From contig CAZLVJ010000002.1 of the NCBI GenBank assembly GCA_964562935.1, forward strand, positions 844 to 64,843: a stretch of 64,000 nt of DNA. The letters run 5' to 3'. Positions 10,085-20,726 of the stretch are shown here, in pieces. Under the pieces are notes generated by a model. That model was given only the letters and a program-made list of their open reading frames with translations, was not told the origin of the DNA and ran no database searches. The first letter of the stretch is position 1. Each line of letters begins with the position of its first letter. Source of the DNA: an uncultured Nitrososphaerota archaeon (lineage in GTDB: Archaea; Thermoproteota; Methanomethylicia; Nezhaarchaeales; WYZ-LMO8). A program made the translations under genes and the position numbers.

Positions 10085-10834
10085 ATGTTTAAAGCTGTAT
10101 TTAGAGACGCGCGGTTGTGGTATAGGATAATCGACGCGCTGTCTTCGCTTATCAGCGAAGGTACCATCAAGATAAGCGAGGACGGGCTTAGGCTGAGGGC
10201 TATGGATCCATCGAAGATAGCGATGGTAGATTTTGAGATGCCCCGGGATGCTTTTGATGAGTATCAGTGCGACGGAGAGCTCGTCATAGGCCTCAACTTC
10301 GATGAGTTGAAGAATATAGTTAAGAGGGGAAGCGCAAAAGAAAAGGTCCAGCTCGAAGTGCCGCCTAGCGGTGGGAGGCTAAAAGTCGTATTGAAGGGCA
10401 AGGCCTCAAGGAGCTTTGCTCTGCCTTTGATAGACGTAGAATACGAAGAGTTGCCCACGCCCTCGCTCTCGTTCAACGTTAAAGCCACTGTGATGGCCGA
10501 CATATTCGAAGACGCTTTGAAGGACGTGGAGCTAGTGAGCGACTACGTCAAGCTGGAGGGCCGGAGCAACGCGATCATAGTGAGGGGCCAGAGCGATAAG
10601 GGTGAGGTTGAAGCGACGCTGACCTCCGAAACGGGGGCCCTCTTAGAGCTAGAGGTCAAGGAGGAGTCCGTTGCCTCTTACAGCTTGGAGTACTTAATGG
10701 ACATGGTTAAAGCGAACAAGGCCGCTGAAGTGGCCACTCTCGAGTTTTCAACCGGGATGCCCCTAAGCCTAACGTTTCCAATTCCAGGTGGAGGGACCAT
10801 AAGGTACTACCTAGCCCCTAGACTTGAGGAGTAA
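10085..10834 (+). CDS. pcn: DNA polymerase sliding clamp PCNA
   Basis: 249 aa; two-domain PCNA pattern, MFKAVFRDARLWYRIIDALSSLI N-terminus. Confidence 0.85.
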   Translation: MFKAVFRDARLWYRIIDALSSLISEGTIKISEDGLRLRAMDPSKIAMVDFEMPRDAFDEYQCDGELVIGLNFDELKNIVKRGSAKEKVQLEVPPSGGRLKVVLKGKASRSFALPLIDVEYEELPTPSLSFNVKATVMADIFEDALKDVELVSDYVKLEGRSNAIIVRGQSDKGEVEATLTSETGALLELEVKEESVASYSLEYLMDMVKANKAAEVATLEFSTGMPLSLTFPIPGGGTIRYYLAPRLEE

Positions 10835-10846
10835 AGAAGAAGGACC

Positions 10847-11890
10847 ATGATTTTTTCCAAATTAGATGCCGCGACATATCCGTTTATAAGTTTAGCTTCG
10901 AAATTAGTTAAAGAGCTCGAAGAGAGTTTAGGAATAAACGCCATATTATCCCCTGAGTCGGAAGTGCTTCGAAGAAGCGTTGAGAGGATAAGAGAGGCTG
11001 CATACTCCCGTGTGACTTCGGTCTACAAGAGGGATCTAGACGTAGAGATTTTGTCACATCCCGTTGCGCTATTGCTCATAAAACACATAAACAATGCAAG
11101 GCTGGTCAACGTGTATGCCGAGGCCGAGAAGAACAGGGTCCTAGTGAGCCTTCTTAAGGAAGATTATGAGAAGTTAATGTCTCTAGCTGTCGATGGCTTC
11201 AATTGGCATGTCAAGAGAGAAGAGGACCGCTTCTTGGTTAGGTTCGACGACTACCTCAAAACATCTGTTAACATGTTAGACGCCTATTGGAAGCTCGTGA
11301 ATAGAAAGCTAGTGAATGGTTATGTCGAGCTACCTCGAAAGGACTTCTCCAGACTCTTGGCCGAGGCCTACAGAATAAGGATTTCAGAGAGGGCCAATCA
11401 AGCAGAGGAAGTCCAAATACATAGCGTCCTCAAACCAATAATTGAAGAACTCGACAAAGAGTTCCAAGGCATCCTCCCAAAGGTCGATGTGTACACAATG
11501 TACGTCGACAAGTACGAACCTTCAGCTTTCCCGCCCTGTATTTCAAGGTTACTTGAAGAGGCCGAGCAGGGTAAGAACCTTCCTCACATGGCCCGCTTCA
11601 CGCTTGCCACGTTCTTGATATCTGTAGGGAAGAGGCCTGAAGAGTTACTCGACATATTTCGCAAAATGCCTGACTTCGATGAAAATAAGACGCTCTATCA
11701 CTTAAAACATATAGCGGGCGAGGTAGGATCTAGGACGAGGTACTCCCCACCTAGCTGTGTGACCTTGAGGACGTTTGGCCTTTGCTCAGCAGATGATGCC
11801 CTTTGCCAAAGAGTCAAGCACCCTCTGACTTACTACAGCAAGAAGCTCAAGTTGCTGAAGAGGGGAGAGCTTGAGAAAAGAGCTCGATAA
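10847..11890 (+). CDS. priL: DNA primase large subunit PriL
   Basis: 347 aa; C-terminal four-Cys Fe-S domain; adjacent to priS. Confidence 0.75.
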   Translation: MIFSKLDAATYPFISLASKLVKELEESLGINAILSPESEVLRRSVERIREAAYSRVTSVYKRDLDVEILSHPVALLLIKHINNARLVNVYAEAEKNRVLVSLLKEDYEKLMSLAVDGFNWHVKREEDRFLVRFDDYLKTSVNMLDAYWKLVNRKLVNGYVELPRKDFSRLLAEAYRIRISERANQAEEVQIHSVLKPIIEELDKEFQGILPKVDVYTMYVDKYEPSAFPPCISRLLEEAEQGKNLPHMARFTLATFLISVGKRPEELLDIFRKMPDFDENKTLYHLKHIAGEVGSRTRYSPPSCVTLRTFGLCSADDALCQRVKHPLTYYSKKLKLLKRGELEKRAR

Positions 11891-13097
11891 TGAGGGCTTC
11901 ATAAAGAAGGTGTTTAGAGAGTATTATGTCGAGTGGAGGGGGGAACCGCCTAAGGACTTCAGGAGAAGGGAGTTTGCCTTCATGATTTCGAGAAAGGGCG
12001 AGATGATAAGACATAAAGCCTTTGAGGAGTGGAGTGAAGTCAAAGAGTTTCTTCGCAGAAACTCTCCGCTCCACGTCTATTACTCGTCGGCTTATTATGC
12101 GCAACCATCCGTCCCAGATATGGACGCTAAAGAGTGGATGGGTGCTGACCTAATCTTCGACATAGACGTCGATCACATGTACACTCCATGCAAAGAGCAA
12201 CACGACAAATGGACGTGCTTAGATTGTAGCACTGCTGGTAACGGCATGCCCCCCGAGGCGTGCCCTAAGTGCTCAAGCAAGAGAGTAGAGGCGAAGACTT
12301 GGTTCTGCGAGAAGTGCCTCGAAGTGGCCAAAGAAGAGACCATAAAGCTCGTCGAAGACTTCTTAATCCAAGACTTTGGCTTTTCGCCTCAAGAAATCTC
12401 CATCGTATTCTCGGGACGGAGAGGATTCCACATACACGTAGAAAGCGATGTCGTGAGGGGGTTAGACCAGAGGGCTAGGAGGGAGATAGTCGACTATGTG
12501 AAAGGCACGGGGCTCGTGATGCAGGACAAGAAGAGGAAGGTCCTTGCACCTCCCTTGAATGCTGGAGGGTGGCCTGGGAGGATCGCTAAGGGAGTCTATG
12601 AGCTCCTCAATTCCAATAATGTGGAGGAACCCCTGAACCTTAAAGGAGGACCTAAGATAGAGGAAGCAATAAAAGCAATAATCAAGGGGCTTGAAGAGGC
12701 CCAAGACTATTGGCCTTTAGAGGGCATCGCGCGCAGGGTTTGGCTCAAAGCCGTCGAGAAAGTTATAACGTATAAGCGTTGCGAAGTCGATGAGAGGGTA
12801 ACGACAGACATAAAGAGGTTGATAAGATTGCCCGGGACGTTGCACGGAGGTACGGGGCTCATAGCAACCAAAGTCCCCTTAAGAGACATGGAGTCCTTTG
12901 ACCCCTACCTACACGCTGTAGCCTTTGTAAAGGGCGAGGCCAAGGTAAAGATCTTAAACATGCCAAGGATAACCTTCCTCGACCAAACGTGGGGCCCCTA
13001 TAACAACGAGGTCGCGGAGGTACCTCTAGGACTAGCCGTGTACCTGATATGCTCAGAAAACGCTGTTGTAGTTGGCGAGGAGGTTGAGGATGCTTAA
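11871..13097 (+). CDS. priS: DNA primase small catalytic subunit PriS (TTG start)
   Basis: 408 aa; REFAF...RH N-motif, LIFDIDVDH catalytic acidic motif, zinc knuckle CLDC...CPKC. Confidence 0.75.
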   Translation: MRKELDNEGFIKKVFREYYVEWRGEPPKDFRRREFAFMISRKGEMIRHKAFEEWSEVKEFLRRNSPLHVYYSSAYYAQPSVPDMDAKEWMGADLIFDIDVDHMYTPCKEQHDKWTCLDCSTAGNGMPPEACPKCSSKRVEAKTWFCEKCLEVAKEETIKLVEDFLIQDFGFSPQEISIVFSGRRGFHIHVESDVVRGLDQRARREIVDYVKGTGLVMQDKKRKVLAPPLNAGGWPGRIAKGVYELLNSNNVEEPLNLKGGPKIEEAIKAIIKGLEEAQDYWPLEGIARRVWLKAVEKVITYKRCEVDERVTTDIKRLIRLPGTLHGGTGLIATKVPLRDMESFDPYLHAVAFVKGEAKVKILNMPRITFLDQTWGPYNNEVAEVPLGLAVYLICSENAVVVGEEVEDA

Positions 13098-13614
13098 AGA
13101 GTTACTCAACGTCCTCCTTCGAGAAATAAGTAGTGAGAAGCTCGTGTCACTACCTCAAAACTTCTACGATGCGGCTCTAAGCTATGTTCACTCCTTAAGG
13201 TTAAGGAAGAACAACGAGGTCAGCGAAGTACAACGCAAAATATGGGAAGAGGAGGTCGCGCTTTTAGAAAAAATCCTCTCGATCATTAAGAGTGTCAGAG
13301 CTAGAAAAATAATGCTTGAGGCAATGGATGGTAAGTCGATAGAGAAATTGCCTCCAGAGGAGGATATCTATTACGCCAACCTTCGAAAAGCCCTTGAACT
13401 TGCCAAGGCAGACCTTAACATCGAGGGAGCTGAACCTCAAGAGGAGGGCAAAGTCTTGCTATTATTGAAGAAGAACTTGGACGAAGCCCTCGCTGAAAAG
13501 CTTGGCCTGCCCAAGCTCGAGCCAGAAGATGTAATCTTTATAAATAAGCGACCTGGTAAAGTGCTCATCGATCTGGGAATCGCAGACGAGATAAGCGTAA
13601 GGTGGGTGCAATGA
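13072..13614 (+). CDS. GINS subunit (Gins15/Gins51-like)
   Basis: 180 aa helical; [12 protein letters not shown]-type N-terminus; adjacent to priS as in Sulfolobus. Confidence 0.45.
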   Translation: MARRLRMLKELLNVLLREISSEKLVSLPQNFYDAALSYVHSLRLRKNNEVSEVQRKIWEEEVALLEKILSIIKSVRARKIMLEAMDGKSIEKLPPEEDIYYANLRKALELAKADLNIEGAEPQEEGKVLLLLKKNLDEALAEKLGLPKLEPEDVIFINKRPGKVLIDLGIADEISVRWVQ

Positions 13615-13901
13615 AGGTGCCGAGGGAGATAAATACTTACTGCCCTAAATGTAAGGCTCACACACCCCATAGCGTGACATTGTACAAGGCGGGGAAAAGA
13701 AGGTCTTTGGCCCAAGGAGAAAGGAGGTACGCGAGGAAGAAGAAAGGATATGGCAGTAAGAGGAAGCCCGAGCAAAAGAGGTTCGCCAAAGTCACTAAGA
13801 AGCAGGTCCTAAAGCTTACATGCAAGAAGTGCGGTTACATATTACATAGAAAGGGCATAAGGTTGAAGAAGCTGGAGATAGTGGAAGTCGCGAAAGGGTG
13901 A
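13611..13901 (+). CDS. rpl44e: 50S ribosomal protein L44e
   Basis: [20 protein letters not shown]...CKKCG zinc ribbon. Confidence 0.85.
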   Translation: MKVPREINTYCPKCKAHTPHSVTLYKAGKRRSLAQGERRYARKKKGYGSKRKPEQKRFAKVTKKQVLKLTCKKCGYILHRKGIRLKKLEIVEVAKG

Positions 13902-13907
13902 TGGTGC

Positions 13908-14108
13908 ATGGTCAAGAAAAGAAAAGAGCTCGTGCCCATGCCCAAATCGAAGTTCTACAACGTGAGGTGTCCAGACTGTGGCAATACGCAGGTCATCTTC
14001 AGCCATGCTTCAACTTACGTGCACTGCTTCGTCTGCGGCAAACTGTTGGCAACGCCGACTGGCGGCAAAGCGAGGATGGAGGGGAAGAAGATTAGTGAGT
14101 TCGGATGA
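13908..14108 (+). CDS. rps27e: 30S ribosomal protein S27e
   Basis: 66 aa; [28 protein letters not shown]4 ribbon. Confidence 0.85.
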   Translation: MVKKRKELVPMPKSKFYNVRCPDCGNTQVIFSHASTYVHCFVCGKLLATPTGGKARMEGKKISEFG

Positions 14109-14129
14109 CGAACAAAAAGGTGGAGGCAA

Positions 14130-14930
14130 TTGGTAAAAAAGAGGAGAGAGTGGCCACAGCAAGGAGAGATAGTGATAGGGACTGTGACGCAAGTATTTGA
14201 TAAAGGAGCTTACATAACTCTCGATGAATATAGAGGGAAGAGGGCCTATTTACCACTAAATGAAGTATCTTCGTCTTGGTTTCACAATATTAGGGATGTC
14301 ATACGTGAGGGCCAGAAGACGGCTTTTAAAGTAATTAGAGTGGATCCTCTGAAGGGGCACATAGACCTCTCGCTGAAGAGAGTGGCCGACGTAGAAAGAG
14401 ATAGAAAAATGCTTGAGTGGAAGAGGGCTAAGAAGGCCGAAGTCTTATTAGACTTTGCAGCAAAGAGGTTAGGAAAAAAGCTCGATGAGGCCTACGAGGA
14501 GGCAGGATGGAAGCTCGAAGACCATTATGGCGAGATATACGCCGGGCTTGAAGAGGCCGCCCGGAGAGGCATAGAGGCTTTGCTCGTAGCTGGGATCAGT
14601 AGAGAATGGGCCGAGGTATTAGCCGAACTGGTCAAAGAGCACATAGAAATACCCCAGGTAAAGATGTCGGCGGTCCTTGAACTGAGGTGCCACGGTCCTC
14701 GAGGCATCGAGGTAATAAAGAAGGCTCTGATCGAGGCCCTAAACTATGCAAAGAGCAAGGGCTATCAAGTCAAGATCTACGCTGATGGAGCGCCAAAGTA
14801 CAGGGTTGACGCGACGGCAGAGGACTACAAAATACTCAAGAGCATATTGAAAGAAGTAACCAATGCGGCTTTAAGTGTGATATCAAGAGAGGGAGGACAG
14901 GGGAGGGTTCTCGAAGAGCCGAAGAAGTAG
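14130..14930 (+). CDS. eif2a: Translation initiation factor 2 alpha subunit
   Basis: 266 aa; N-terminal S1 domain GEIVIGTVTQVFDKGAYITLDEYRGKRAYLPLNEV. Confidence 0.85.
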   Translation: MVKKRREWPQQGEIVIGTVTQVFDKGAYITLDEYRGKRAYLPLNEVSSSWFHNIRDVIREGQKTAFKVIRVDPLKGHIDLSLKRVADVERDRKMLEWKRAKKAEVLLDFAAKRLGKKLDEAYEEAGWKLEDHYGEIYAGLEEAARRGIEALLVAGISREWAEVLAELVKEHIEIPQVKMSAVLELRCHGPRGIEVIKKALIEALNYAKSKGYQVKIYADGAPKYRVDATAEDYKILKSILKEVTNAALSVISREGGQGRVLEEPKK

Positions 14931-14956
14931 GGGGTCGAGACTTGAAGGGCCTGCTA

Positions 14957-15106
14957 ATGAAGTGTAAGGAGTGCGGAAAATATACTTTGCAGCGTAATAA
15001 GTGCCCTTATTGCGGAGGGCCTTTAAAGGTTCCGCATCCACCCAAGTACTCACCACACGATAAGTATGCAACATATAGGCTTAAGACTAGGCTCGTAAAC
15101 GAATGA
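14957..15106 (+). CDS. nop10: H/ACA RNP subunit Nop10 (small ORF missing from the ORF track)
   Basis: Own translation: MKCKECGKYTLQRNKCPYCGGPLKVPHPPKYSPHDKYATYRLK... Confidence 0.6.
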   Translation: MKCKECGKYTLQRNKCPYCGGPLKVPHPPKYSPHDKYATYRLKTRLVNE

Positions 15107-15194
15107 CCTTGCCACCAAAGAACATCACAATGCATGGTATTGTAAGTTGAGTGTTAGGGCTCTCGGCTAAGGATCACGCAAACTTGGTACAAGG

Positions 15195-17135
15195 TCACCA
15201 TTTTATACGATAAATCGCTATGTATTGTGAATCGCAATAAACTTTTTCGAAGCGAGTTAAGTCAGTTGCATAGTCGGGCCGTATTCCCAAGACGAACTTC
15301 GTTAAGAGAGCGTCAAAATTGCTTATGCCCCACCATCCTTGTGGAGTCAGCTGAAATGAAGGCATTGGAGAGCCAGCTATCTTTGCAATGGCGTGGCTTT
15401 TAGGGATCTCTTCGAGCGAGATCAACACGTACACGTCCTTGCCTCCCAAGCCGAAGCTCTGATTTAAAATTCTCAGAGATTCTTCTTCGGCACTCGACAT
15501 GAAAAACTTCGCTACCTCAACGTTCCTCCATTCGTACACGTTCCCAGGATCCACGATAGTCGTCCTGTTGGCGTAGTACTGTATTAAGTAACCGTAGTCC
15601 CACCAAGAGATTATTATCGCATCTTGGTTTGTGTTTTCTCTTAGCCACAAAAGTGCTCCCAACCAATAATTGTGATTACTCATGCCTATGTTTCTATACA
15701 CTTCCGCGTGGCTGACGAGCGGGCCATACCAAGTATACGTGGGGATGGCGAATATCGATAGTATGGCCAGCGTTGTCAATGCTGTCGAGAGGCTGAGGCC
15801 CATTGTTGCTTCTCGGTTAAGCCTTAGGCCTTTTCTCCATTTGATGAAGAGCCTAGAGCCGTAATGATCTATGAGCCTCGAAAGCACGTCTCCAGCCATT
15901 ATCGCCACAGTTATCGATAAGAACATCAACAATCTGATCTCAGAGACGGCGAGGGCGGCAGACACGCCAAAGAGCGACAACATGAATAGGTAATTGATCC
16001 TGCCCTGCGGGTCCTTCAGATTTCTCGGTACTAGCGCGAAGACCGCAAATATGAGGGGTAAACCTACTTGGTTCCATAGTTCTTGAGGGGAATCGAACAG
16101 ACTTTGAGACTCCGCAACCGTCGAGCGGACTAGCCCCTTATTACCTAAAAGCCAACTCACCAGACTGCGGACGTAATCGCGCTCTATAAACAGAAGGACT
16201 GCCGCTAAGATGACGATTAGTACCAAGACGTATCTCCTCTTGACCTTTTTCAGAGCCATTAAGGGGATGGCAACGCCCAAGGGGATGAGAAACGTTATCG
16301 AGCTGAAGAAACTTAAACCGCCGTACCTAATCGTGAAGGAGGTAGCAAGTACGCTTGATACTACTAGCACTAGCAAATATGGTATAGAGATTAAGCTGAG
16401 GCTTTCACCGTTCTTGCCAAAGAGAGTCACTAGCAAGATATGGGTTGCTAGGACGAGGTACGTGAAGAGGAAGCCTCTCCAGCCAATGGCCGCGAGGCCT
16501 ATGAGGGTGCCAGACGCTATGGCGAGGGCTACTGATGTCACCATACTACGCATGTGCCTCTGAGCGGTCGTGACTACGTTAAATGACAAGAGGGCAAGGG
16601 CTAGCCCTGCAAACATCAGAGGCGTTGAAAAGGCCTCCTTGTCACAAAAACCCTCAAAAGATCTTAGGATGAAGGCCGGGGCAGCGGCCGACAGGAAAGC
16701 GGCTACGATGCCCGCAGTAGTGGACCCTATAAGTGTTTTAGCGATGAAAAAAGTCGGTATTACAATTAGGGAGGCGAAGAATGCTGGTAACAATATGGCT
16801 ATGTCAATTGGCTGTAAACCCGTCAGCCAGGCGAACCCAGCTATGAACCATGAGACTAGGGGCAGCTCGTACCTAGTATTGAAGCCTTGAGGGTAGTACC
16901 TCAAGGTATCGTTGGGGGGTATCGAGTCATTCTTCAAGAGAGCCTCAGCGTACCTGAGGTGCACGTAGGGGTCATCACCTGTCAAGACGCGCTGTTCTGA
17001 GAACTGTGGCAGGGACCTCAGCCAAAAGCCTAAGACGTAAGCCAAGACGAGTAAGGCAACGACTAGGAGAGGCCTAAATTTGTGCAATTTCCCGTAAATT
17101 GCTCTCCACGTCTCTAATTTGCTCAACGTAATCAC
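15195..17135 (-). CDS. aglB: Oligosaccharyltransferase AglB (STT3 family)
   Basis: 646 aa polytopic membrane protein with WWDYGY catalytic motif. Confidence 0.85.
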   Translation of the reverse strand: MITLSKLETWRAIYGKLHKFRPLLVVALLVLAYVLGFWLRSLPQFSEQRVLTGDDPYVHLRYAEALLKNDSIPPNDTLRYYPQGFNTRYELPLVSWFIAGFAWLTGLQPIDIAILLPAFFASLIVIPTFFIAKTLIGSTTAGIVAAFLSAAAPAFILRSFEGFCDKEAFSTPLMFAGLALALLSFNVVTTAQRHMRSMVTSVALAIASGTLIGLAAIGWRGFLFTYLVLATHILLVTLFGKNGESLSLISIPYLLVLVVSSVLATSFTIRYGGLSFFSSITFLIPLGVAIPLMALKKVKRRYVLVLIVILAAVLLFIERDYVRSLVSWLLGNKGLVRSTVAESQSLFDSPQELWNQVGLPLIFAVFALVPRNLKDPQGRINYLFMLSLFGVSAALAVSEIRLLMFLSITVAIMAGDVLSRLIDHYGSRLFIKWRKGLRLNREATMGLSLSTALTTLAILSIFAIPTYTWYGPLVSHAEVYRNIGMSNHNYWLGALLWLRENTNQDAIIISWWDYGYLIQYYANRTTIVDPGNVYEWRNVEVAKFFMSSAEEESLRILNQSFGLGGKDVYVLISLEEIPKSHAIAKIAGSPMPSFQLTPQGWWGISNFDALLTKFVLGIRPDYATDLTRFEKVYCDSQYIAIYRIKW

Positions 17136-17377
17136 CGCTTCAGGGTCATGACATTAATTATATCATCTCCATTGCATTCCTCGGCGCAAGAGGCACTTAA
17201 ATTCGTTGTCGTCGCCTTCCTATTAAAGCAACGCGCGTAAAGAGCATGAAGGGTCCACCTAGCCGACAATCCTAAACTGCTCTTTAAAGTTTAAAACTTT
17301 TTGACGGCTCTAGCATTGAGAGGTCTATCATTAATGCCGAGAAAATAGGAACGTGAGGGATCCTTAACAAGCTAGGA

Positions 17378-20300
17378 GTGATGTACATGGAGATGAGAAG
17401 TTACGAGCCATTAAAAATCGAGCAGTACGTGAGGGCTTTCTGGTATGAGAATAACATAGCAAATAAGTGCTTTGAGGCGCGAAGGGGAGGAAAGCTCTTC
17501 AGCTTCTTGGAGGGCCCGCCCACAACAAACGGCTTCATGCACGTGGGTCATGCAAGAGGGAGGACTTTAAAGGACATAGTCATTAGGTTTAAGCTCATGC
17601 AGGGCTTCGACGTGTGGCGCCGCGCTGGCTGGGATACTCAAGGCCTGCCAGTCGAGCTCGAGGCCGAGAAGAACTTGGGCCTAAGGTCTAAGAAGGACAT
17701 AGAGGCCGTGGGTTACGAGAAGTTTGTAGAGGAGTGCAATAGGCTCGTCGATTATTACCTAGACCATTGGAGGAAGACCTCAGAGCTATTAGGCCTATGG
17801 CTTGACTACGATAATGCATACCAGACGAGACGGAGAGAGTACATAGAGTTCATATGGTGGGCCTTGAGGCAAGCGTACGAGAGGGGGTTGCTGGTTGAAG
17901 ACCTTAAGGTGATAGCGTTCTGTCCTCGTTGCGAGACCCCTCTCTCGGACCAAGAAGTCGCTCTGGGTTACGCAAGCATAGAGGATCCCTCCATCTATGT
18001 GAAGATCCCGTTGCTCGATAGAGAGTCCACGTACGTGGTCGTTTGGACCACGACCCCCTGGACCTTGCCAGCGAATGAGGCAGTTTGTTTGCACCCCGAT
18101 GAGTATTACGTCGAGGTCGAGGTACAAGGTGAGAAGTGGATCTTAGCCGAGAAGCTCTTGGAGAGGGTCATGGCCGAAGTTGAAGTAAAGGAGTACAAAG
18201 TACTTAGGAGGTTCCTCGGATCGGAGCTCGAGGGCACAAAATACCTGCACCCGCTCTTAGACGAGGTGCCCGAGCACAAGAGCCACGAAAACGCCCACAT
18301 AATAACGTGCGATCAAGGAGTTAGCATGGAGGAGGGTAGCGGATGCGTGCACATAGCCCCGGCTCATGGTCCTGAGGACTTCGAAATAGGCAAGAGATAT
18401 TCACTGCCCGCATTCTGCCCTGTGGAAGTTAACGGCTTCTACACGGATAAAGCTGGTAAATACAAAGGCATGTACGTAAGAGAGGCTAATAAAGTGATAA
18501 TCGAGGATTTGAAGAAGAAGGGATTGTTGGCCTATGAGAGTACGATACTTCACGAGTATCCTCATTGTTGGAGATGCGACACTCCCTTGGTCTATAGAGC
18601 TGATAGGCAGTGGTTCTTGCGCATAGAGCCCATAAAGAGCTTGATCTTGGAGGAGAACAAGAAGGTGAAGTGGACCCCGCCGTGGGCTGGCGAAGCCAGA
18701 TTTCACAACTGGATAGCCAATGCTAGGGACTGGTGCATTTCGCGCTCAAGAGTGTGGGGCTCGCCCCTAAACATCTGGACCTGCACTAAGTGTGGGCACA
18801 GGGTCTGCGTAGGTTCCATCGAAGAGCTCAAGAGCTTGGCCCTGACTCCTCTCGAAGATATAGAGGTGCACAGGCCGTGGATCGACAACGTTAGGCTAAT
18901 ATGTCCTAAGTGCAGGGGCGAAATGAAGAGAGAACCGCATGTGCTCGATTGCTGGTTGGACTCTGGAGTGGCGCACGCCGCGAGCGTTGACTACTTGAAG
19001 GACAAGACGCTGTTTGAGAGGCTGTTCCCCTACGACTTCATAACCGAGGCAGTTGACCAGACGAGAGGATGGTTCTTCTCGCTGATATTCACAAGCGTAA
19101 TGTTGTTCGGCAAAGCCCCATACAAAAGCGTGTTATGCCAAGGTCACGTGCTTGATAAACTGGGCCAGAAGATGTCGAAGAGTAGGGGGAACGTCGTCTG
19201 GGCTCGCGACGTTATGGAGGCCGAGGGCGCTGATCCCCTACGCCTTTACTTGGTCATGAAGGCGGCCCCTTGGGAGTCACTGAACTTCGACGTCGAAGAA
19301 TTGAAATCCGTCAAACGTACATTAAATATAATCTTCAATGTATTCAAATTTGCTAGTACATATATGGAGCTCGATAAGTTCGATTATAAAAAATATCCAA
19401 TAGATATGTTCATCGACAGGCTTGGACCAGAGGACCTGTGGATTCTCTCGAGAATTCAAACCACAATAGAAGTAGTGACCTCAAACATCGAAGCATACAA
19501 CATACACGAAGCAGCGAAGGCTGTAGTCAACTTCTTTGTTGATGATTTGAGCCATGGTTATATAAGGTTCATTAGGAGAAGGGTTTGGTTAGAAGAAGAG
19601 AATGTCGAGAAGCTCATGACTTACAGCGTGCTGTACTACGTGCTCGATAAAGCCCTTCGGCTCATGGCTCCTTTCACCCCGCACTTAGCTGAATGGTTGT
19701 ACCAAGCGTTCTTGAAGAAGTTCGGCAACTTAGAAGAAGAGAGCTTGTTCATGCTTGACTGGCCCTCTATAGAGCCCAAGTTCCTCAAGAAAGAGCTCGA
19801 AGAAGGTGCCTCATTGCTCATGGAGGCGCTAACGCTCGTGGCCAGCGCGAGGCAGAGGGCTAAGCTTAAGGGTAGGTGGCCAGTCTCCGACGTTGTCGTA
19901 GTGGTATTTGACGAGGAGTTGGTTACCAAGCTGAATGCATTTTACAGGGCGCTACGCGAACAAGCCAACGCTCGGAATGTCCTTATTACGACCGCCATAC
20001 CAAGTGACATGAAGCTAAAGGTAAAGGTTCAAGAGAGTAGGGTCAAAAAGATTGTGGGGCCCAAGGCGGCAAAGCTTGTTGAGCTGTTAAATAAGGTTGA
20101 GGCCAAGGAGGTGGTGCAAGGGCTTTGCACCCGTGGCAAGGTAAGCGTAAGCATAGAGGGCGAAGAGGTGTCACTGACCAGCGAGGGCATAGAGGTTATC
20201 GGAATTGGAGGGTACGAGAAGTGGGCTTTTGCTTTGGGCAAGCGCATGTTAGTATGCCTAAATACGACACGAGATAGAGAGCTTGAGGCTGAGGCCTTGA

Positions 20301-20572
20301 CAAGGGAGCTTGTCCGCAGAATACAGTACATGCGCAAGGAGCTTGACCTGAAGATAGAAGACTACGTAGACTTAGTGATTGAGGCGGAAGAGGGCGCTTT
20401 AAGCGTCTTGAGCGCGAAGAACGTGGACTACTTGATGGGCGAAGTAAGGGCTAAAGAGTTGAGGATGGGCGGTAAAGTGGGCTTGGTCGGAGAAGGTTGG
20501 TACGCAAAAGAGTGGGACATAGATGGGCTGAGGGTCAAAATATACATGCGAAAGAGTGGAGAAAGAAAATAA
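17378..20572 (+). CDS. ileS: Isoleucyl-tRNA synthetase
   Basis: 1064 aa; HVGHARG (HIGH) and KMSKS motifs, CP1 editing domain, zinc knuckles. Confidence 0.9.
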   Translation: MMYMEMRSYEPLKIEQYVRAFWYENNIANKCFEARRGGKLFSFLEGPPTTNGFMHVGHARGRTLKDIVIRFKLMQGFDVWRRAGWDTQGLPVELEAEKNLGLRSKKDIEAVGYEKFVEECNRLVDYYLDHWRKTSELLGLWLDYDNAYQTRRREYIEFIWWALRQAYERGLLVEDLKVIAFCPRCETPLSDQEVALGYASIEDPSIYVKIPLLDRESTYVVVWTTTPWTLPANEAVCLHPDEYYVEVEVQGEKWILAEKLLERVMAEVEVKEYKVLRRFLGSELEGTKYLHPLLDEVPEHKSHENAHIITCDQGVSMEEGSGCVHIAPAHGPEDFEIGKRYSLPAFCPVEVNGFYTDKAGKYKGMYVREANKVIIEDLKKKGLLAYESTILHEYPHCWRCDTPLVYRADRQWFLRIEPIKSLILEENKKVKWTPPWAGEARFHNWIANARDWCISRSRVWGSPLNIWTCTKCGHRVCVGSIEELKSLALTPLEDIEVHRPWIDNVRLICPKCRGEMKREPHVLDCWLDSGVAHAASVDYLKDKTLFERLFPYDFITEAVDQTRGWFFSLIFTSVMLFGKAPYKSVLCQGHVLDKLGQKMSKSRGNVVWARDVMEAEGADPLRLYLVMKAAPWESLNFDVEELKSVKRTLNIIFNVFKFASTYMELDKFDYKKYPIDMFIDRLGPEDLWILSRIQTTIEVVTSNIEAYNIHEAAKAVVNFFVDDLSHGYIRFIRRRVWLEEENVEKLMTYSVLYYVLDKALRLMAPFTPHLAEWLYQAFLKKFGNLEEESLFMLDWPSIEPKFLKKELEEGASLLMEALTLVASARQRAKLKGRWPVSDVVVVVFDEELVTKLNAFYRALREQANARNVLITTAIPSDMKLKVKVQESRVKKIVGPKAAKLVELLNKVEAKEVVQGLCTRGKVSVSIEGEEVSLTSEGIEVIGIGGYEKWAFALGKRMLVCLNTTRDRELEAEALTRELVRRIQYMRKELDLKIEDYVDLVIEAEEGALSVLSAKNVDYLMGEVRAKELRMGGKVGLVGEGWYAKEWDIDGLRVKIYMRKSGERK

Positions 20573-20608
20573 AAGTTTTTAGTCGAGCGAAGAGCCGAGT
20601 AATTTTGG

Positions 20609-20693
20609 GCCGGGATGGCCGAGCGGACCAAGGCGCCAGCCTTGAGAGCTGGTGCCCCATTGGGGCGCGCGGGTTCGAATCCCGCTCCCGGCG
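20609..20693 (+). tRNA. tRNA-Ser (anticodon TGA), no encoded CCA, no intron
   Basis: Manual cloverleaf: acceptor GCCGGGA/TCCCGGC, anticodon stem CCAGC/GCTGG with loop CTTGAGA, long variable arm, T-arm GCGGG-TTCGAAT-CCCGC, discriminator G. Confidence 0.8.
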
Positions 20694-20726
20694 CTACTAC
20701 AAAAGCTTCTCCACGAGGAGGTCTAC

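Noticed and set aside
16210-16890. Plus-strand ORFs of 117 and 106 aa
   Set aside because: They are antisense within the aglB membrane-protein gene, with low-complexity composition.
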